Below are positions 56,319 through 64,000 of a DNA stretch of 64,000 nt, in pieces; positions within the stretch are counted from its first letter, which is position 1, and the number at the start of each line of letters is the position of its first letter. Where the stretch lies: the NCBI RefSeq assembly GCF_028368995.1, contig NZ_JAQNDL010000003.1:256001-320000 (forward strand), given 5' to 3'. This stretch comes from Nannocystis bainbridge. GTDB lineage: Bacteria; Myxococcota_A; Polyangia; Nannocystales; Nannocystaceae. The position numbers and the translations under genes were made by a program. Below the pieces are notes generated by a model. That model was not told where the DNA came from. It did no database searches and saw nothing but the letters and a program-made list of their open reading frames with translations.

Positions 56319-59300
56319 TCAACCCATCGCCGTGTCGGCGAGGCCGTAGCCCATCTCCGTCAGGTCGCAGGCCAGGATCGCCACCGCGCAGCTGGTCGTC
56401 AGCGCGTTGGCGGCCTGGATCCGGCTGTTGTCGACCCCGTCGAGCAGGCGGTAGAGCCCGCGCAGGCTCCAATTCGCCATGCGGAAGCCGATCTGCGCCC
56501 AGAACTCGTCGCCCGCCAGCTCGCCCTGGGCGAACACGACGATCGCCGTCGCCAGCTCGCCGCTGCCGATCACGACCTCGACCACCGCGTCGATGGCCGC
56601 GATCACCGCCACGCCTTCGGGCCAGCTGATCGCCCACGCGGTCGAGCCGACCATCCACAGCCCGCCGCACAGCGCCAGCACCCCGTGCGTGACGCCGAAC
56701 CACCGCGTCTCCGCGTCCTCGAACGCCGCCGCCGCGCCGATGTCGAACGCCGCCGCGACCACCGACGTCGCCCCCCCGATCGCGCTGAACGTCCACACGC
56801 TGACGAAATCACCGGACCACTCGCTCGCGCTGCGGGCGATGAACAGCGCCGAATTGACGAGGCTGATGCCGAACTGCGTCCAGCGGATCGCCTCCTCTGC
56901 CTGCGACCTCGTCGATTTCTGCTGCGACCCGGTCGACTTGTGGCCGCCGCCCGTCAGCACCGCCGGCACCGCCCCCACCAGCGCGATCAGCCGCAGCATG
57001 TCGAGCTTGCGCCCGCGCAGGATCGCCACCTCGATCACCTCGGTCAGGTACGGGACCGTCAGGCGCGACGTCAACGTGCTGCGGGCCATCCCGCCGAGGT
57101 CGGCGGTGCGATCGGCGATCCACCCCGCCGTCTCCGTCGTCACCGAGCGGCCCGCCGCCCACATCTTGGGCGGCAGGTCGAGCAGCGCGTCCATCGGCGT
57201 GGCGAGCACGTCGCGCCCCTCGAGCAGCGCCTTCGGCAGCGCCGCCGTGGTCGCCTCGCGCTCCGCCGCGGTCGTCGTCTCGTCGAGCTGCGTCGGCCCC
57301 TGCTTGCCCTTCGGGTCGTCCGCGAGCTTCGGCCCCGAGCCGGTGAACGCCTCCTCGATCACGTCGACCAGCCATTTGAGCTCATCGAAATCGGGCATCT
57401 CGAACCCGCCGACGCCGAACGCCCGACCGAGCGAATTGCCGGACAGCCCCGACCGCACCGGCCGCGCCACCAGCTCGTCGAGCAGCGCCGGGATGTCGCG
57501 GATCTGCTCCGCGTAGCCGCCTACTTTGGCAAACTGCTGCTTCGCCAGCTCGTACAGCTCGTCGGACTTGGCGAGGAACTTGTCCCAATTGAAGAGCATC
57601 GCCAGGAACTCGATGAAGTCGCGCAGCGCCGCGCCGATGCGCTGCAAGAACGCCTCGATCGCGCCAGCGACCTCGAGCGCACCCGCCACGATCGTGCGGA
57701 ACATCTGCTTCGAGCCGTCGACGACTCGCTCGCCGACCACCATCACCGCGCCCCACGTCGTCTTCGTGCCGTCGATCGCCAGGTCGCGCGCATCGAGGAT
57801 GCAGCTGCGGATCGCCTGCTCGCCGGCCCGCACCGCCGCCCCTGCGGCCTTGTTCGCCAGCTTGGCCGCGTCCTCGGCCGCCGAGATCGTCAGCTTCGCC
57901 ACGTCGCCGCCGAGGTCGACGACCGCGGAGCCGACCGCCGCGCCCGCCTCCTCGACCACGCCCCAGACCTCGTTCCACGACACCTTCTGCCCTGTCTGGA
58001 TCGACGCCGGCGCCCCGGTCGGCAGCGCGCCCGCGGCATCGCGCATGAACTGGGTCACCGCCTCGCTGGCGTCCTTCCCCATGCTGCTCTTCAGCACCGG
58101 TGACTTGCCGGGCGGCGGCTGCTTCAGCGCCGCCACGCTGAGGCGCGCCAGCTGCTGCTGCGCCGCATCGGCCGGTCGCACGATCGTCCAGCAATCGGCG
58201 TCCATCCCGGCTGCGCGGATCCGCAGCGTCGGGCAATCGAGCGACTTGGCCGCCAGCACCCGCACGCGCGCCCGCCCGCCGTCGCTGACGCGGACCCTCA
58301 TGGTCACGTCCGGCTTCCACGCCTCGATCCGCAGCTTGCCGCCGTCGCTGCGGACCACCGTCACCGGCGCGTCGACGCGGACCTCGACCTCGCCCGCGAG
58401 CTTGCTCCCGCCGGCGCCGCGCGGCTCGATCGCCACCTCGTACACCGCGCAGCGGACCAGCGAGCCCTTGACCGTCCCGTACTCCCCCGCCGTCGGCACC
58501 TTGAGATCGATCTCCCCGATGCCGAAGCCGACGTCGATCGTCTTGTTGGGGAACAGCGACACCGGCAATTCATCGAGCAGCAGCTTGCCGGCCGCGCGCA
58601 CGTGGACCCGCCGCGCGTCGTGCAGCGCCCGCAGCGGCAGGCCCTCGCCGTCGCCCTGCGTCAACCTGCCCCTCGGCCGCGCGTGCAGGCGTCGCGGCGC
58701 CGCGTCGATCGCCAGGCCCTCGGCCAGCGTGTCGAAGTGATAGCAGAGCACCAGCTGCGGCTCGTCGCCGCGAGCCCGGCGCAGCCGCAGCGCGCGTACT
58801 TCCTCGAGCGAGCGCCCGCCCTGCCACACCCGCAGCTCGGCGAGCTCGCCCAGGAAATCCTTGCCGATCGCGCCGCCCCTGCGCCCCCCTTCGCGCGCAG
58901 CCGCCAGCGGCGCCGCCTGCTGCTCGTGGACGACCCGGCCGTCGACGAACACTCTGCACATTCCGCCGCCGTCGACCGACACGCACAGGTGCTGCCATTC
59001 GTCCCCGCGCACCGCCCCGGGCACCTCGATCCGCGACGACCCGACCTTCGCCACGAAATCGACGCGCACCAGCCCCTTTTCCGGCTCCAGCGAGACCTGG
59101 AAATGCTCCGGCCCGCCGAGCGCCAGCAGCGACATGCCCGGCCGATCCTTCCGCGGCCGGACCCACGCCTCGACCGCGATCCCCCCGGTGAAATCCGCCG
59201 TCACCGCCGGCAGCTCGGCATGATCACCCTTCTCGTCCCACACCAGCGCGCCCGGGCTCGCGCTGCGCAGCGCGTCGAGCTCGGCGCTCTCGCTCGTCTG

Positions 59301-59840
59301 ACCCGCGCCCACCAATTGCCCGTGCCGCTGCAGCGGCCCCGCGTCGCGCACCGCGGCCCCTTCGAGCAGCCCGGCGTAATGCGCCAGCGGCCCCTGCGGC
59401 GCGGCCCCCGGCGCTCGCTCCTCCGCCGTGCGCACCCGCGCCAGCAAGCGCACGTCGGCCAGCGTGAACCCGGGCGAGCCCGGATCGGCGAGCCGGATCG
59501 ACGGCGTCGCCGTGAGCTTCGGCAACGTCCCGACCGCCGCCCGGGGCCCGTCGACGAAGATCGCCGCCGTCCCGTCGGCCGCGAACTCGACCGCGACGTG
59601 GGTCCACCGGCCCGCCGTCATCGCCCCCGGCGCCACCAGCTTGAGCACGCCCACGCGCAGCTCGAGCGCCCCGTTCGCCGTCATCACCAGGAGCGGCCCG
59701 CCCTCGCCCCAATACCACACCTGCCCGCCCTTGCCCGTCGGCCGGACCCACATCTGAATGCTGAACCCCGCGCCCGCCTCTGCCGCCGAGACCCCGGGAA
59801 TGTCGATATACCCCTTCGCCGCCACATCCATCACCTTCAT
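56319..59840 (-). CDS. Large protein with two LamG-like jellyroll domains and a hydrophobic helical C-terminus
   Basis: GGAGGA RBS before ATG 59840; FSIQMWVRP...WTHVAV...FVDG...DVRL and VEAWVRP...WQHLCV...FVDG...GELAELRVW...R. Confidence 0.72.
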   Translation of the reverse strand: MKVMDVAAKGYIDIPGVSAAEAGAGFSIQMWVRPTGKGGQVWYWGEGGPLLVMTANGALELRVGVLKLVAPGAMTAGRWTHVAVEFAADGTAAIFVDGPRAAVGTLPKLTATPSIRLADPGSPGFTLADVRLLARVRTAEERAPGAAPQGPLAHYAGLLEGAAVRDAGPLQRHGQLVGAGQTSESAELDALRSASPGALVWDEKGDHAELPAVTADFTGGIAVEAWVRPRKDRPGMSLLALGGPEHFQVSLEPEKGLVRVDFVAKVGSSRIEVPGAVRGDEWQHLCVSVDGGGMCRVFVDGRVVHEQQAAPLAAAREGGRRGGAIGKDFLGELAELRVWQGGRSLEEVRALRLRRARGDEPQLVLCYHFDTLAEGLAIDAAPRRLHARPRGRLTQGDGEGLPLRALHDARRVHVRAAGKLLLDELPVSLFPNKTIDVGFGIGEIDLKVPTAGEYGTVKGSLVRCAVYEVAIEPRGAGGSKLAGEVEVRVDAPVTVVRSDGGKLRIEAWKPDVTMRVRVSDGGRARVRVLAAKSLDCPTLRIRAAGMDADCWTIVRPADAAQQQLARLSVAALKQPPPGKSPVLKSSMGKDASEAVTQFMRDAAGALPTGAPASIQTGQKVSWNEVWGVVEEAGAAVGSAVVDLGGDVAKLTISAAEDAAKLANKAAGAAVRAGEQAIRSCILDARDLAIDGTKTTWGAVMVVGERVVDGSKQMFRTIVAGALEVAGAIEAFLQRIGAALRDFIEFLAMLFNWDKFLAKSDELYELAKQQFAKVGGYAEQIRDIPALLDELVARPVRSGLSGNSLGRAFGVGGFEMPDFDELKWLVDVIEEAFTGSGPKLADDPKGKQGPTQLDETTTAAEREATTAALPKALLEGRDVLATPMDALLDLPPKMWAAGRSVTTETAGWIADRTADLGGMARSTLTSRLTVPYLTEVIEVAILRGRKLDMLRLIALVGAVPAVLTGGGHKSTGSQQKSTRSQAEEAIRWTQFGISLVNSALFIARSASEWSGDFVSVWTFSAIGGATSVVAAAFDIGAAAAFEDAETRWFGVTHGVLALCGGLWMVGSTAWAISWPEGVAVIAAIDAVVEVVIGSGELATAIVVFAQGELAGDEFWAQIGFRMANWSLRGLYRLLDGVDNSRIQAANALTTSCAVAILACDLTEMGYGLADTAMG

Positions 59841-60290
59841 CGTCGACTCCTCCGTTCCAACCGTCGCCAGGTCTAGCCGGTTCGCCGCCGCCGCGTCGGC
59901 CCATTCCTCGGCGCTCCATCCTTCCTCCACAATGCGCACAGCCGGCCCACGATCGCGCTCCATGCTCCCTCCACAATGCGCAATCACGGCTCCGACGCGC
60001 GGTCACGGACGCGGTGATTCCAGCGGAGCCGGGGGGAACGCCCCTGAGGCCGACCGTCACCACGCTCTCGGGACATGTTCGAATCGACATGTCCCTTGCG
60101 CCAGCCACAAACTCACCGCGACGGCCGCCCTCGGCTCGGCGAAGCTCTTCTCCCGGCCGGGTCGGCGTGTCGACCCCGCTGCCCGGACCCCGCCGCCCCG
60201 CTCCGCGATCGGCGACCGCGCGTGGTCCGCCGCGAGCTCGTGACTTCGCGCCCGTCACCTTTTCCGCGCCGGCCCGTACCCTGCCGACAG

Positions 60291-60881
60291 ATGCAGCTCC
60301 CCTGGCCGCTGCGCGACGAGCTCCACGCGCGTCGCCTCGCCCGCGCCCGCGACGGCGACGGCGAGGCCTTCCGCGCGCTCTACCGCGACCTCTACCCCGA
60401 CGTCGTCCGCTTCGTCGCCCGCCGCGTGCCGGTCCGCGCCGACGCCGAGGACCTGGCCGCGCGGGTGTTCGTCGCCTTCGTCGAGCGGCTCGGCGACTTC
60501 GACCGCGCGCGCGGCAGCGTGCGCGGCTGGGTGCTCACCTTCGCCCGCAACGCCGTCATCGATCACCTGCGCAGGCGCCGGCCCGCCGCCGCCCCCGAGC
60601 TGCTCGACCTGCTGCCGAGCGACGCCCTCGGCCCCGAGAGCGGCCTCCTCCAGCGCGAGCAGCTCGGCCAGCTCGCCGCTCTCGTCGCGGAGCTGCCCGC
60701 CGACGCCCGCGAGCTGCTGGCCCTGCGCTTCGCCGACGGCCTCCGTCACCGTGAGATCGCCGAGGTCCTCGGGCTGCAGGAGGCCGCCGTCAAACAGCGC
60801 GTCTCGCGGGTCCTCCGCGACCTCCGCGCCCGCCTCCGCCCCGCCGCGGGCAAGAAAGGAGCCGAAGGTGCCCTGGCTTGA
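60291..60881 (+). CDS. ECF sigma factor
   Basis: GDGEAF..LY, DAEDL, GWV..FARN..IDHLR, LRFADGL.HREIAEVLG...AVKQR.SR. Confidence 0.92.
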   Translation: MQLPWPLRDELHARRLARARDGDGEAFRALYRDLYPDVVRFVARRVPVRADAEDLAARVFVAFVERLGDFDRARGSVRGWVLTFARNAVIDHLRRRRPAAAPELLDLLPSDALGPESGLLQREQLGQLAALVAELPADARELLALRFADGLRHREIAEVLGLQEAAVKQRVSRVLRDLRARLRPAAGKKGAEGALA

Positions 60882-61614
60882 TCGCCTCCCCGCTGCGCTC
60901 CGCCGCCTCTACCGCGCCGGCGCGCCCGAATCACATGTCCTTAAAGACATGTCCGTTCCACCACTGTCTTTGGAACAGGACCTCATGGCCAGGTTCGCCC
61001 GCCGCGCCCCGGCGCCCGCGCGGCCCGGCCTGGCCGGGTTCGTCCGCGGCCACCGCTGGGCCCTCTCGACCGGCCTGGCTGCGATCGCGGTCGCGGCCGC
61101 CTGCCGCATGCCCTCCGACTACGACCGCGGCTTCGGCGCGACGGTCTGGTGCGAGGCCGCCGTCGCCGACGTGCACGCCGGCGATCGCCTGCGCGCCGTC
61201 GCCGACCGCCTGCAGGAGCGCGCGGGCGCCGAGCAGGTCACGGTGCGCGTCCACGCCGAGCACGACGACCTTGCGACGATCCGCATCGATCTCTGGGGCG
61301 AGGCCGCGACCGGGGTCGACGACGCCCTGCTGACCGAGCTCGCCGACGTGCCCGAGCTGCGGCTCGATGGCTGCCGCGTCGAGCCCCTGGTCGAGACGGT
61401 CCACGGCACCCTCGGCGGCCGCCTCGGCCTCGAATGGTTCGACCTCGAGCTGCTCGACCGGGACGACGCCGAGGCCGCGCGCGCCGAGATCCTGGAGCGC
61501 CTCGAGGCCCGCGGCCTCCGCGGCGACGCCCAGGTCGAGATCTTCGACGACGGCGCCGGCCGCCGCGAGGTCACGATCCGCATCGAGGCCGAGGGCGAAC
61601 TCACCGAGCCCTGA
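60868..61614 (+). CDS. Putative anti-sigma / ECF partner protein with one hydrophobic segment
   Basis: AAGGAG RBS, GTG overlapping the sigma 3' end, hydrophobic WALSTGLAAIAVAAAC. Confidence 0.65.
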   Translation: MPWLDRLPAALRRLYRAGAPESHVLKDMSVPPLSLEQDLMARFARRAPAPARPGLAGFVRGHRWALSTGLAAIAVAAACRMPSDYDRGFGATVWCEAAVADVHAGDRLRAVADRLQERAGAEQVTVRVHAEHDDLATIRIDLWGEAATGVDDALLTELADVPELRLDGCRVEPLVETVHGTLGGRLGLEWFDLELLDRDDAEAARAEILERLEARGLRGDAQVEIFDDGAGRREVTIRIEAEGELTEP

Positions 61615-61787
61615 TTCTTTTAGAGGGGACATGTCCGAAAGGACATGGCGGCAAGGCCGCTGCGGGGCTCTGCCCGCGAGGCCCGGGCCACGGTCACACG
61701 CCAGCCCGCGCCGGCCCGCAGCGGCGCGCCGATCGGCATGTGCTAAGGTCGCGCGCGCCCGGGTCTTCCCCCGTTGCCGCGCCGTCC

Positions 61788-64000
<2,213 letters not shown>

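Overview
A very GC-rich bacterial window, almost certainly myxobacterial (Nannocystaceae-like). That call rests on many lipoproteins with Thr/Ser-rich stalks, a MYXO-CTERM-like tail, five Hanks-type kinases or pseudokinases, an FHA sigma-54 activator and an orphan PAS-STAS protein. About 43 genes are supportable; most other ORFs in the track are GC-rich shadow frames. Main blocks: hybrid histidine kinase plus response regulator (1-2.5 kb); a Zn-PLC/GPI-PLD-like surface protein, a membrane-extended ECF sigma factor and a PDZ protein (3.9-10.1 kb); a kinase / Cys-insert kinase / pseudokinase operon (10.5-15.5 kb); an orphan T6SS island vgrG-TPR-PAAR-Rhs-immunity with a low-GC toxin tip (20.5-28.7 kb); a putative sigma-54 module of M23 lipoprotein, FHA activator, three ADYC lipoprotein paralogues and a TPR receptor kinase (32.6-42.5 kb); WYL, TetR/ABC, SRPBCC, a full-length plant-like phytochelatin synthase, acyl-CoA dehydrogenase, PAS-STAS, RidA, vWA, a large LamG protein, an ECF/anti-sigma pair, and topB running off the right end. 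A dispersed 14-bp-period palindromic motif (TGTCC-N4-GGACA, read in tandem as RGACATGYCC-N4) recurs at about 13 loci, both intergenic and inside genes. No rRNA, tRNA, CRISPR array or transposase was recognised. All family calls are by eye from motifs; no database search was run.
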